The position numbers and the translations under genes are program-made. A stretch of DNA of 64,000 nucleotides from Spirochaetia bacterium (GTDB taxonomy: Bacteria > Spirochaetota > Spirochaetia > SZUA-6 > Bin103), in assembly GCA_965199955.1 (NCBI GenBank), contig CBDATQ010000002.1:768001-832000 (forward strand). Reading direction: 5' to 3'. Below the pieces are notes generated by a model. It saw nothing but the letters and a program-made list of their open reading frames with translations, ran no database searches and was not told the origin of the DNA. This document shows positions 30,543-40,047 of the stretch, piece after piece (within the stretch, counting starts at the first letter, position 1; each line of letters opens with the position of its first letter).

Positions 30543-31100
30543 CTACGGCGTTGCGAAGGCGCCGGGCCACGGTTCGGCACCGGTCTCCACGTCCTGATGC
30601 TCTTCCTTTTCCCTGTACGCCTGCAGGCCGCGTGCGAGGTAATTGGCGAGCGCTTGCGGGTGATCGGCCGTGCAGGTGTGCAGCCACACGCGTCCGCAGC
30701 CGATAGAGCGTCCACGTTCCACCGCATCGCACAGCAGGTGCCCGCCCAGGCCGCGGCCGGTGAACGAGGGGAAGATCCCGAACTGCCGGACCTCCACGCC
30801 GTTCTCGCCCTCGTCCACCAGCTCGAAGTAGCCGGCCACGGTACCGGTGACGTAGGCGACCCAATACTCCCTTCTCCCGTCGGCCAGGTCACGCTCCCAC
30901 TTCGCGTAGCTCCAGTTCACTCGACGTGTCCAGTTCCAGGGATACCCGACTCCCCGGTACAGGAACCGCGCGAAATCAGGCGTGATCGCGACGGCCTGGC
31001 GCAACTCGTAGTCGGGCCGCGGCCGCGACGGAGACCGCAGCGGCGTATCGGCCGAGATCTCCAGGTAGGTGGTGCGAACCAGCGTGCGGGTGACCGGCAT
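30543..31100 (-). CDS. GNAT family N-acetyltransferase
   Basis: FLYRGVGYPWNW, GYFEL, FTGRGLGGHLL, VWLHTCTADHPQALANYLARG. Confidence 0.92.
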   Translation of the reverse strand: MPVTRTLVRTTYLEISADTPLRSPSRPRPDYELRQAVAITPDFARFLYRGVGYPWNWTRRVNWSYAKWERDLADGRREYWVAYVTGTVAGYFELVDEGENGVEVRQFGIFPSFTGRGLGGHLLCDAVERGRSIGCGRVWLHTCTADHPQALANYLARGLQAYREKEEHQDVETGAEPWPGAFATP

Positions 31101-31141
31101 GGTCCGATCGTGCCCGGCCGGACGCCTGCCGTCGAGGGGGC

Positions 31142-31468
31142 TCACGCGCCTTCGCATCGTCCGGCCCACAATCCCGACGCATCGCGGGAGCTGCGGACTT
31201 CAGGAAAGTGACGCCGCATGTTGATGCCGCAAATGGAGTGGATCATCGCATCGAGGTACGTCGGATCCACGAAGGACTCGATCCGCTCCGACCAGGTGCC
31301 GCGATTCAGGTTGCCGCCGGCACGGTGAAGCGAACCCACGGGGATCCGAAGAAACCCGGCCAGGCGCCGATGCGAGCAGTCCAACTCGTGTGTTCTCAGC
31401 ACCAGTCGACGTTCCGCTGGAATTGACGCCGTGCCGGACTTCGCCTGGCCGACGCAGAACGCCCTCAC
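31142..31468 (-). pseudogene. sulfotransferase-like remnant with large internal deletion
   Basis: PAPS-binding-like FCVGQAKSGTAS immediately followed by the C-terminal-type IPAERRLVLRTHEL..RLAGFL. Confidence 0.55.
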
Positions 31469-31623
31469 ATTGGATGTACGGCTGTCAGAGCACATTCCAT
31501 CAGCATGAGCTGAGCGATGCGGCCGAGCAAAGCGCCACCCGGCCGTGCTCTTCGCCGGCTCCGGAATGCCCGCCAGGCGACTGGCGCCGCACGCCGTCGG
31601 GGCCTCCCCGAACCACGGCGCGT

Positions 31624-31682
31624 TTGACCCCTCGCGGCAGGTCGCCTACCGTCGCCGCGACCAATCGGTCGCGGCAAGGAGG
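31624..31682 (+). promoter_or_regulatory. sigma70-type promoter, palindrome and SD
   Basis: TTGACC-17 nt-TACCGT (31624-31652), perfect inverted repeat GCCGCGACC-aatc-GGTCGCGGC (31654-31675), AAGGAGG. Confidence 0.6.
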
Positions 31683-31687
31683 CAACG

Positions 31688-32986
31688 GTGGCAACGGATC
31701 TGGCGAGTCACATCGAGGAGACGCCGCTGGTCGACACCCACGAGCACATGAAGCGGGAGCCGGCATGGGTGGACGACGGCCCCGACATCCTGCAGGACCT
31801 GTTCGGCAACTACGTGGGAGCCGACCTGCGCACCGCCGGCGCATCCGAGGAGGCCATGCAGCGCCTCTTTGACGCCTCCGATCCGAATATCCCCGGCCGG
31901 TTCCGTGGCATCGAGGCCGCGTGGCGGGCTACGGAGCTCACCGGCTACGGCGAGGCGGTCAGCCTGATCGGCCGGCACGCCTACGGCCTGGACGAGCTGA
32001 CGGCCGACGGCCTGGCCGCCGCGCAGGGCAGGACCGCCGAGTTGCGCGCGCCGGGCGAGCGCCACCGGCTGCTGCACGACGTGGCCAACCTCGACCAGGT
32101 GCAGACCGACGACGGCCTCTGGGACTGCTCGCCGGACCCCTCCGGGCTCGACTTCTTCCTGTACGACCTGTCCTGGTTCAGCTTCTGCCGCGGCGACATC
32201 GACCCGCGTGCGATCCACGCGGAGACCGGCATCGAGGTCACCGATCTGCCATCGCTCAGGCGTGCCATGGAGGCGATCTTCGCGAAGCACGCGCCGTGCG
32301 CGATCGCGGTCAAGGCCCAGCACGCGTACGCGCGCACGCTGCGCTGGATCGAGCGCAGCGACGCGGACGCGGCCACTGCCCTGGACGCGGTGCTCCGCCG
32401 TCCCAAGGAACAGGTCGACCTGGACACGTGGCTCTGCCTTGGCGACTGGTGCTGGGCGCGCGGCGTCGAGCTCACGATCGAGCACGACCTGCCGTTCAAG
32501 ATCCACACCGGCTACTACGCCGGCAACGACCGGATGCCGGTGGAGTTCATTCCCGCCGGCAACATGTGCGCGCTGTTCGCCCGCTACCTGGATGCGAAGT
32601 TCGTGCTCATGCACATCGCCTATCCCTACTGTGACGAGCTGGTGGCGCTGGCCAAGCACTACCGCAACATCTGGGTCGATCTCTGCTGGGCGTGGAGCAT
32701 CGATCCGTACAGCTCGCGCGAGTTCGTGCGCCGTTTTATCCATGCGGCGCCGATCAACAAGCTGTTCGCCTTCGGCGGCGACACCGGCTGGCCGACCAGC
32801 GCGATGGCCTATGCCATGCAGGCGCGCCGGGGGATCCACGCCGCGCTGGAGGCCGAGGTCGCCGACGGCGACCTGACCGAGAAGCAGGCGATGCAGGTCG
32901 CCTCCCGCATCATGCGCGACAACCAGTATGACTGCTTCGACATGGAAGGGACCCGCGCCAACATCCGCCGTGCGGCCGCGGCGTAA
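31688..32986 (+). CDS. amidohydrolase family protein (uronate-isomerase-like)
   Basis: VDTHEH, KIHTG, LMHIAYP, VDLCWAW, FAFGGD. Confidence 0.85.
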   Translation: MATDLASHIEETPLVDTHEHMKREPAWVDDGPDILQDLFGNYVGADLRTAGASEEAMQRLFDASDPNIPGRFRGIEAAWRATELTGYGEAVSLIGRHAYGLDELTADGLAAAQGRTAELRAPGERHRLLHDVANLDQVQTDDGLWDCSPDPSGLDFFLYDLSWFSFCRGDIDPRAIHAETGIEVTDLPSLRRAMEAIFAKHAPCAIAVKAQHAYARTLRWIERSDADAATALDAVLRRPKEQVDLDTWLCLGDWCWARGVELTIEHDLPFKIHTGYYAGNDRMPVEFIPAGNMCALFARYLDAKFVLMHIAYPYCDELVALAKHYRNIWVDLCWAWSIDPYSSREFVRRFIHAAPINKLFAFGGDTGWPTSAMAYAMQARRGIHAALEAEVADGDLTEKQAMQVASRIMRDNQYDCFDMEGTRANIRRAAAA

Positions 32987-32990
32987 CAGA

Positions 32991-34205
32991 ATGCGTATCG
33001 CCGACGTCGTCACCTACGCCGTGCAGCCGGCCGGCATGCCGCTGATCGTCGCTAAGGTCGTCACCGATCAGCCGGGCCTGCACGGCTGGGGCTGCGGCAC
33101 CTTCACGCAGCGGTTCCGGGCGGTGGAGGCCGCGATCGATCGCCACGTGAAGCCGTTCGCGATCGGCCGCGACGCGGCGGCCATCGCCGACTTCTGGCAC
33201 AGCGCTATGCACGACAGCTACTGGCGCAACGGCCCGGTGCTGAACAACGCGGTGAGCGCCGTGGAGATGGCGCTCTGGGACATCAAGGGCAAAGCCGCCG
33301 GGCTGCCGTGCTACCAGCTCTGGGGTGGCCGCAGCCGCGGCACCGCGGCCGTGTACGTGCACGCCGACGGGCGCGAGCCGCCGGAGGTGCTGGACCGGGC
33401 GCTTGGGTTCCGGGAGCAGGGCTTCCGCCACATCCGCTGCCAGATCGGCGGCTACGAGGGAGTCGGCGCCGGCCGGGTCGGGGCCGCGGCCGGCAGCCTG
33501 GCGGACGCCGGCGGCAGCGGCTCGGCGTTCTTCGATCCCGGCGAGAAGCTGCTCCGGGTGCCGGAGATGTTCGAGCACCTCCGTGCCGGGCTGCCGCCCG
33601 AGGCGGAGCTGCTGCACGACATCCACGAGCGGCTGGCGCCGATTGACGCCGTGCGCTTGGCCAAGGCGCTGGAGCCGTACCGGCTGTTCTTTCTGGAGGA
33701 CCCGCTGGCGCCGGAGGACCTCGCCTACTTCCGCATGATCCGAGGGCAGTGCGCGGTGCCGCTGGCGATGGGCGAGCTGTTCGTCCATCCGCTGGAAGTC
33801 GAGCCGCTGGTCAGCGAGCGGCTGATCGACTTCGTGCGCGTGCACGTCTCCACCTACGGCGGCATCACCGCGGCGCTGCGGCTGGCGCACCTGTGCGCGG
33901 CCTTTGGCGTGCGCACCGCCTGGCACGGACCGAACGACGTGTCGCCCATCGGCATGGCCGCGAACGTGCACCTGGACCTGCACGTCCCGAACTTCGGCAT
34001 CCAGGAGTGGGCGTTCCGTGCCCCGGCCGAGGAGGACCTGTTTCCCGGCATCCCGGAAGTCTCCGACGGCGCCGTGAACGTGAACGAGCGGCCCGGGTGG
34101 GGGATCGAGATGGACGAGCGGCTGGCCGCCCGCTTCCCGTGCGACGACCGAGCCAGCCTGCGGCCCGTCCCCCGTCTGGCCGACGGCACCAGCCGGCCGT
34201 TCTGA
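32991..34205 (+). CDS. enolase-superfamily D-mannonate dehydratase-like (RspA/ManD)
   Basis: GCGTFTQR, YWRNGPVLNNA, LLHDIHER, FFLED, AMGE, TAWHGP, PGWGI. Confidence 0.9.
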   Translation: MRIADVVTYAVQPAGMPLIVAKVVTDQPGLHGWGCGTFTQRFRAVEAAIDRHVKPFAIGRDAAAIADFWHSAMHDSYWRNGPVLNNAVSAVEMALWDIKGKAAGLPCYQLWGGRSRGTAAVYVHADGREPPEVLDRALGFREQGFRHIRCQIGGYEGVGAGRVGAAAGSLADAGGSGSAFFDPGEKLLRVPEMFEHLRAGLPPEAELLHDIHERLAPIDAVRLAKALEPYRLFFLEDPLAPEDLAYFRMIRGQCAVPLAMGELFVHPLEVEPLVSERLIDFVRVHVSTYGGITAALRLAHLCAAFGVRTAWHGPNDVSPIGMAANVHLDLHVPNFGIQEWAFRAPAEEDLFPGIPEVSDGAVNVNERPGWGIEMDERLAARFPCDDRASLRPVPRLADGTSRPF

Positions 34206-34229
34206 GCCCTCAAGGGGTTCCGTCGTCAG

Positions 34230-34379
34230 GTCACGTTCCCACAGGTAGTCGGTCGGCCTCAGGATTATCATGCCCGCAACCCTGCGTCCGTAGTACGCGC
34301 CTTCGATTCCATACCGTCGGCGGAGTTGTGCCGGGATCACGACCGTCCCGCGCTTCCCCACCTTGCATGTGTCAGCCAT
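34230..34379 (-). pseudogene. AbrB/MazE/SpoVT-family antitoxin remnant
   Basis: CKVGKRGTVVIPAQLRRRYGIE..IILRP; degenerate centre, no toxin, no proper stop. Confidence 0.7.
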
Positions 34380-34387
34380 CGAACCGT

Positions 34388-34418
34388 CTGATATTTCAGA
34401 CAATCAGAATATTTGCAG
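34388..34418. promoter_or_regulatory. AT-rich palindromic operator upstream of the AbrB remnant
   Basis: GTCTGAtattTCAGAC inverted repeat plus a further TCAGA half-site. Confidence 0.5.
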
Positions 34419-34432
34419 CGCCGCCACTGGTG

Positions 34433-35749
34433 TCAAGTGGCTTCGCTCGGCGGGTTCCACTCGACGGACGGGTCGTAGTCGGGATCGGGCGGTTCCTGCG
34501 GGGGGCGCTCGTCCTCGGGCACATGGCGGAGATTGACGCGGATGCGGGTCCAGATCGAGTGCCGGCCGCGCATCGCGTCGACCAGGACGTCGTCGGGTTG
34601 GAGGCAGGCGGCCGCCTCGGGGTGGCGCGCGCGCCAGCGGTCCAGGCCGGCCCGAGCCTCCGCTTCCGTCTTTGCCTGGGAGATCACGATCAGCGGCATG
34701 GCCGAGCGGCGCCGGCCGGTGGGCGAGGGGCCGCTGCGCCGCCGTGACGGGTTCACGCGCCACGGCTCGCCCCGCTGCCGGGCGAAGTGCGGGGGCCACG
34801 GCGCGTCGCCGCCCAGCCCGTCCGCCTCGTGGCGCGCGGAGACCTCCAGCAGCGACTCCAGCGATCCCGGGTGGGCGTCCATGCCGGCGGCGGGGTCGCC
34901 GGCCTCGCGCAGCCGCGCCGGCATGGTGCGCAGCGTGAAGTCGGCCGGGTCGCAGGCCGGCACCTCGTCCCAGGTGAGCGGGGCGGACACCATCGCCCGC
35001 TGGTTGGGCCGCACGGAGTAGGCGGCGGCGATGGTGCGGTCCTTGGCGTTCTGGTTGTAGTCCAGGAATACGCCGACCCGTTCCTCCTTCCACCAGTTGC
35101 TGGTGGCCAGGCCCGGGGCGCGCCGCTCCACCTCGCGGGAGACGGCGAGCGCCGCCCGGCGCATCTCCGTGAAGCCCCAGCGGGGATGGATCCGGGCGTA
35201 GATGTGCATGCCGCGCGACCCTGAGGTCTTCGGCCATCCGACCAGGCGATTCTCTTCCAGCACCTCGTGCGTGACGGCGGCGACCCGCCGCACGTCTTCC
35301 CAAGGCACGCCCGGGCAGGGGTCCAGGTCGATGCGCAGCTCGTCCGGGTGCTCCATGGCCGTGGTGCGCACGGCGTGCGGGTTCAGGTCGATGTTGCCCA
35401 GGTTGGTCATCCAGGCAAGCTGCGCAGGCTCGGTGACCACCAGCTCGTGCGCGGTACGCCCGGACGGGAAGCGCAGCTCCACGGTCGGCACCCAGTCCGG
35501 GCGCTTGGCCGGCGCGCGCTTCTGGAAGAAGCCTTCGCCGGTGATGCCGTCCACGTAGCGCTTGAGGACGATGGGCCGGTCGTAGACGGCACGCACGGCG
35601 CCCTCGGCTACCGCCAGGTAATAGCGGACCAGCTCCAGCTTGGTGATGCCGGCTTCGGGGAAGTAGACCTTGTCCGGGTTGGAGACGCGCACCTCGCGTC
35701 CGTCGACGTCGAGCGTCTCGGCCGGTGCCCTGCTCGCCACGGCGGACAC
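34433..35749 (-). CDS. stand-alone LigD-type primase-polymerase (AEP; Prim-PolC/PolD2-like) with C-terminal extension
   Basis: VSNPDKVYFP, FFQKRAP, ELRIDLDP, KTSGSRGMHIY, VFLDYNQN, AYSVR. The start may be GTG 35740. Confidence 0.92.
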   Translation of the reverse strand: MSAVASRAPAETLDVDGREVRVSNPDKVYFPEAGITKLELVRYYLAVAEGAVRAVYDRPIVLKRYVDGITGEGFFQKRAPAKRPDWVPTVELRFPSGRTAHELVVTEPAQLAWMTNLGNIDLNPHAVRTTAMEHPDELRIDLDPCPGVPWEDVRRVAAVTHEVLEENRLVGWPKTSGSRGMHIYARIHPRWGFTEMRRAALAVSREVERRAPGLATSNWWKEERVGVFLDYNQNAKDRTIAAAYSVRPNQRAMVSAPLTWDEVPACDPADFTLRTMPARLREAGDPAAGMDAHPGSLESLLEVSARHEADGLGGDAPWPPHFARQRGEPWRVNPSRRRSGPSPTGRRRSAMPLIVISQAKTEAEARAGLDRWRARHPEAAACLQPDDVLVDAMRGRHSIWTRIRVNLRHVPEDERPPQEPPDPDYDPSVEWNPPSEAT

Positions 35750-35799
35750 TATCGCCCAAAACGCATCGCCTGTGGGCTCCGCTTTGGTAGGCTGTGCGC

Positions 35800-37524
35800 G
35801 TGCCGGAGCTGCAGGGGCGGGTTTCCGCGGACGCGATACTTGAGGCGCTGGACGAGTTGCGCACGCTGACCGTGCTCGACGACGGCGCCCAGTCGTTCCG
35901 GGCGCGCGCCTACGGGAGGGCGCTCGCCGTCCTGCGCGACGAGGTGGGCGAGGCCCTTCCGGCCATGACCGAGGCGGAGCTGGTGGCGCTGCCGGGCGTG
36001 GGCGCGACGATCGCGCGCAAGATCCGCGAGTACGTCGCCACCGGCACGATGGCCAAGCTGGAGCGGTTGCGGGAGCGCTATCCGCCCGAGTGTCAGCGGC
36101 TGGTGAGCATGCCGGGCGTCGGCCCGAAGACGCTGGCCCGCCTGCGTCGCGAGCTGGGCATCGACTCCCTCGACCTGCTGCAGCACGCTCTGGCGAGCGG
36201 CGCGGTGGACGCGCTGCCGGGGCTGGGCAAGGGCGCCAAGGCGGCGCTGGCGCGGGGCGAGCGGTTCCTGGTGGAGACGGGGCGCGACGCGTGGCCGATC
36301 GCGCGGGTCATGCTGGTTGCCGAGCGCATCGCTGCCGAGCTGGCTCAGGTCGCCGGAGTGGATCGGGTGCAGGTGTCGGGGGAGCTCCGCCGCCTGCTGC
36401 CGATGGTGCGCGAGGCTCGGCTGGTGGCCGCCGCTGCCGATCCGACGCCCGTGCTGCGCCGTTTCGCTGCGCTGCCGAATGCTCGCACTACCGAGGCCGA
36501 TCCCCGAAGCGCCACGATCGTCACCCACCGGGGCGTGCCGGTGCGGCTGGACATCGTCCCGCCGGACGGGTTTGCGGCCGCGCTGGTCTTGATCACGGGA
36601 TCGCCGCGGCACCTGGAAGAGCTTGGCGCCCGCGCCGCCGAGCGCGGGCTGCGCCTGGACCGTGAAGGCTTCACGGGCGAGGACGAGGCGGAGCTGTACG
36701 AACAACTGGGGCTGCCGCTGATCCCGCCGCCAGCGCGGGAGGGTACGGGCGAGGTCGCCGCCGCCGCGGCCGGACGCCTGCCGCCGCCGGTGACGCAGGC
36801 GGACATCAGGGGGGACCTCCACCTGCACACCGATCTTTCGGGCGACGGCGTGTCGACCCTCTCCGAGGTTGTCGCCGCGGCGCGGGCCCGCGGCTACGCG
36901 TACATGGCGGTCACCGACCATGCCGAGGCGATCGGCCGCAACGGCGCGAGCCGAGAGGGCCTGCTGGATCAGCGCCGCCGGCTCGCCCGCGAGCAGGAGC
37001 GGCACCCCGACATCCGGCTCCTGCACGGGGTGGAGCTCAACATCGCCGCTGACGGCAGCATGGACTACGACGCCGCGTTCCGAGGCGGCTTCGACTGGTG
37101 CGTCGCTTCCGTTCACTCCGGGTTCGAGCTGGACCGGGAGCGCCAGACCGAGCGCATCATCGCCGCGATGCGGGATCCTGCCGTGAATGTGATCGGCCAC
37201 CTCACCGGGCGCATGATAGGCAAGCGGCCGGCCGTCGAGCTGGACTTCGAGCGAATCGTCGACGCCGCCGTCGCCACCGGCACGGCGATCGAGATCAACA
37301 GCGGTCTGCCGCGCCTCGATCCAGACGCGGCGCTGTTGCGGCAGGCGGCGCGGGCGGGCGTCACCTTCGTGATGAACACGGACGCCCACCACGTGCGGGA
37401 GTTCGACCGCATGCGCTGGGGGGTACAGCTCGCGCAGGGGGGCTGGGTTCCGGCAGAGGCGATCGTCAACACCTGGCTGGCGGAGCGCTTCCTGTCCTGG
37501 GTGCGCGACGCCCGCGCGGGCTGA
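35800..37524 (+). CDS. polX: PolX-PHP protein with non-canonical polymerase active site
   Basis: FRARAY, HhH motifs, TGS, PPPARE, PHP motifs HLHT/TDH/GVE/SVH/IGH/EIN/NTDAH; DxD replaced by EAR. Confidence 0.92.
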   Translation: MPELQGRVSADAILEALDELRTLTVLDDGAQSFRARAYGRALAVLRDEVGEALPAMTEAELVALPGVGATIARKIREYVATGTMAKLERLRERYPPECQRLVSMPGVGPKTLARLRRELGIDSLDLLQHALASGAVDALPGLGKGAKAALARGERFLVETGRDAWPIARVMLVAERIAAELAQVAGVDRVQVSGELRRLLPMVREARLVAAAADPTPVLRRFAALPNARTTEADPRSATIVTHRGVPVRLDIVPPDGFAAALVLITGSPRHLEELGARAAERGLRLDREGFTGEDEAELYEQLGLPLIPPPAREGTGEVAAAAAGRLPPPVTQADIRGDLHLHTDLSGDGVSTLSEVVAAARARGYAYMAVTDHAEAIGRNGASREGLLDQRRRLAREQERHPDIRLLHGVELNIAADGSMDYDAAFRGGFDWCVASVHSGFELDRERQTERIIAAMRDPAVNVIGHLTGRMIGKRPAVELDFERIVDAAVATGTAIEINSGLPRLDPDAALLRQAARAGVTFVMNTDAHHVREFDRMRWGVQLAQGGWVPAEAIVNTWLAERFLSWVRDARAG

Positions 37525-37532
37525 CCGAGACC

Positions 37533-38885
37533 ATGCGGGACAGATTCAGCCGCGGCGAGCGCAGTTGGGTTCTGTACGACGTGGCCAACTCCGCCTACTC
37601 GCTGGCGGTCACCACCGCGGTGTTCCCGCTGTTTTTCAAGACCGAGATCGCCGCCGGGGTGCCGGGCGCCACTTCCACGGCGTGGTTGGCGTTCGCCAAC
37701 AGCCTGTTCACGCTGGTGGTGGCCGTGCTGGCGACGGGACTCGGCCCCATGGGCGACTACGAGGGACGCAAGAAGCGGTTCTTCGCATCGTTCTTCGTGC
37801 TGGGGGTGACCGCCACCGGCGCGATCGCCTTCGCCGTCACCGGCCGGCCGCTGGCCGCCTTGGCGCTGTACGTTGTGTCCGGCATCGGCTTCGCGGGCGC
37901 CAACGTCTTCTACGACGCGTTCCTGACCGACGTGAGCCCGCCGGAGCGCATGGACCGGGTGTCCTCCGCCGGCTTCGCCTGGGGGTACGTGGGCGGCTCG
38001 CTGCCGTTCGTCGTGGCCATGGCGGTGATGATGGGCCTGCCGCAGCTCGGGTTGAGCATCGACGGATGGGGAGTACGGATCGCGTTCCTGATCGCGGCGC
38101 TGTGGTGGCTGGCGTTCACGGTGCCGATGCTCCGGCACGTGCGGCAGGTCCACTTCCTGCCCGCAGCCGGGCGCGGCGTCATCGACGCATTCCGCGACGG
38201 GATCGGTCGAGTGGCGAACGTGGTGCGGGAGATCCGCCGCTACCGCACGGTGATGCTGTTCCTGCTGGCCTACTTCTTCTACATCGATGGCGTCGGCACC
38301 GTCATCAAGCTGGCGACCGCCTACGGCACGGACATCGGGATGTCGGCGCAGACGGTGCTGGTGGTGCTGCTGGTCGTCCAGTTCGTGGCATTCCCGTGCA
38401 CGCTGCTGTTCGGCAGGCTCGCCGCGCTCACCTCGCCGCGGACCATGCTGCTGGCCGGCATCGGGGTCTACATCGTGGTGACCGCGCTGGCGTTCGCGAT
38501 CCCGCGACTTCCCGTGCCCGCGCAGGTGCCGACCTTCTGGGCGATCGCGCTGCTGGTGGGCACCTCGCAGGGCGGCATCCAGGCGCTGTCGCGCTCCTAT
38601 TTTGCGCGGCTGATCCCCGCCGACTCGGCGGCCGAGTTCTTCGGCTTCTACAACATCTTCGGGAAGTTCGCGGCGATCCTGGGACCGCTGCTGGTCGGCG
38701 TGTTCGCGCAGCTCACCGGCGATACCAGCACCGGCGTGCTCAGCCTGGTGGTGCTGTTCGCGATCGGCGGCGTGCTGCTGCTGCGCGTGCCGGCGGTCCC
38801 GGAAAACGCCCGGGTGGATCGCTCCGGTCAGGCAGCCACAGAGCCGCGGTCGCGACAAGCCGCTCGCCGTCCATGGCGCATATGA
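37533..38885 (+). CDS. MFS transporter, UMF1/Atg22-like
   Basis: WVLYDVANSAY, FYDAFL, GFAWGYVG, FYIDGVGT, QGGIQALSRS, EFFGFYNIFGKF. Confidence 0.92.
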   Translation: MRDRFSRGERSWVLYDVANSAYSLAVTTAVFPLFFKTEIAAGVPGATSTAWLAFANSLFTLVVAVLATGLGPMGDYEGRKKRFFASFFVLGVTATGAIAFAVTGRPLAALALYVVSGIGFAGANVFYDAFLTDVSPPERMDRVSSAGFAWGYVGGSLPFVVAMAVMMGLPQLGLSIDGWGVRIAFLIAALWWLAFTVPMLRHVRQVHFLPAAGRGVIDAFRDGIGRVANVVREIRRYRTVMLFLLAYFFYIDGVGTVIKLATAYGTDIGMSAQTVLVVLLVVQFVAFPCTLLFGRLAALTSPRTMLLAGIGVYIVVTALAFAIPRLPVPAQVPTFWAIALLVGTSQGGIQALSRSYFARLIPADSAAEFFGFYNIFGKFAAILGPLLVGVFAQLTGDTSTGVLSLVVLFAIGGVLLLRVPAVPENARVDRSGQAATEPRSRQAARRPWRI

Positions 38886-39067
38886 TCTCCGTCGCGCCGG
38901 GCTGAGGCTCCTCGCGGAAGTAGGGCCCGTACTGCAAGGGGGTCGCGAAGCACCGAAGCCAACTGGTGCTCGGTGAGCTCCCAACCGGGCGTCAGCAGAC
39001 CGAGATGGCGGTCCGCCAGCCTTGCGAGATCAGGCAGCAGATTGTCCCGATACTCAACGGTATGCAT
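38800..39067 (-). pseudogene. N-terminal fragment of a probable acetyltransferase-like gene
   Basis: MHTVEYRDNLLPDLARLADRHL..PGWELT, frameshift, ..EIICAMDGERLVATAALWLP; truncated and overlapping the MFS 3' end. Confidence 0.35.
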
Positions 39068-39121
39068 GGCTCCTCCAGCCGCCGCACCTTGCGGCCAGCG
39101 GTAACGGGCGGCGATCGCCGG

Positions 39122-39149
39122 TTGACATTCCTGGCCCTGCCAAGAGAAT
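39122..39149 (+). promoter_or_regulatory. sigma70-type promoter of the TA operon
   Basis: TTGACA-16 nt-GAGAAT, 9 nt before the GTG start. Confidence 0.55.
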
Positions 39150-39158
39150 AGGGGGTCC

Positions 39159-39344
39159 GTGTCCTCCGTCAAGGAAGCAGCCCAGGCGGTCATCGAACGA
39201 CTTCGTGACGATGCTACGTGGGACGATCTGATGTACGAGCTCTACGTGAAGCAGAAGATCGAGCAGGGCATCGCCGACGTCGAGGCTCAACGCATAGTGC
39301 CGCACGAGCGCGTAAAGGCCGAGCTGCTTGAAGGTGAGAGTTAG
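39159..39344 (+). CDS. putative type II antitoxin
   Basis: 61 aa, LRDDATWDDLMYELYVKQKIEQGIAD..VPHERVK; overlaps the ParE-like toxin. Confidence 0.8.
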   Translation: MSSVKEAAQAVIERLRDDATWDDLMYELYVKQKIEQGIADVEAQRIVPHERVKAELLEGES

Positions 39345-39642
39345 CTGGTCGCATAGCGCACGAGACGACCTCCGCGACATTCGAGACCACATCGCGCGGG
39401 ACTCGCGTTTCTACTCCCGAAGATTCGTTCACAGGATCGTCGAAGCCACCGAGAGGTTGGCTTCGCATCCGCACATTGGACGTCAGGTGCCGGAAGCTCA
39501 GCGCACCGACGTACGGGAACTGTTGTTTCAAAGTTTTCGCATCATGTACTTGGTCGGTCCTGACCACCTGTACATCCTGGCGGTCATCCATGGGAGTCGG
39601 GACCTCGCCGGACGGACGCCGATGCCCTGGGAAGTGGTTTGA
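39328..39642 (+). CDS. RelE/ParE family toxin
   Basis: [51 protein letters not shown]. Confidence 0.9.
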   Translation: MKVRVSWSHSARDDLRDIRDHIARDSRFYSRRFVHRIVEATERLASHPHIGRQVPEAQRTDVRELLFQSFRIMYLVGPDHLYILAVIHGSRDLAGRTPMPWEVV

Positions 39643-40015
39643 TACCCGGCTTGAAGTGCCAGTCGAACGAACCGCCGTTCGCTTGGGCGTGGCGGGCGCA
39701 GCGATCGCAGTCCGCCGCAAGCGCGCGGGTGTCGATCCCGCGGCAACGCTCGGGCGCTCCTGCCAGGTTGACGCGCGCCTTGCCGAGGTTCTTCCGCACA
39801 CCCACCATGTTGCCCTGCTCCGCCTTCACCATCGCCGCCGCCACCTGGATGACCGCCCGCAGGAACGCCCCCTCGCTTGAGCCCTTCCGGCGTAGCCAGA
39901 GCGCCTCCCACGCCTCGTGCGCGTGCCAGTGGTCGCCGGCTGCGTAGAGCGTCAGGCCGCGCGCCCATGCGTCCGCGTCCGCGTTCGGTGCTTCGTCCGT
40001 GCCCGGATCGTTCAT
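39584..40015 (-). CDS. DUF309 domain protein
   Basis: [32 protein letters not shown]. Confidence 0.85.
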   Translation of the reverse strand: MNDPGTDEAPNADADAWARGLTLYAAGDHWHAHEAWEALWLRRKGSSEGAFLRAVIQVAAAMVKAEQGNMVGVRKNLGKARVNLAGAPERCRGIDTRALAADCDRCARHAQANGGSFDWHFKPGIKPLPRASASVRRGPDSHG

Positions 40016-40047
40016 CTGCCGGTGCCGGGCATGGTACCGTTCGCGGG

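Noticed and set aside
39584..39642. Convergent overlap of DUF309 and ParE 3' ends (also the MFS tail at 38800-38885) as a designed antisense system
   Set aside because: Better explained by loss of the original stop codons when the TA/remnant DNA was inserted or deleted.
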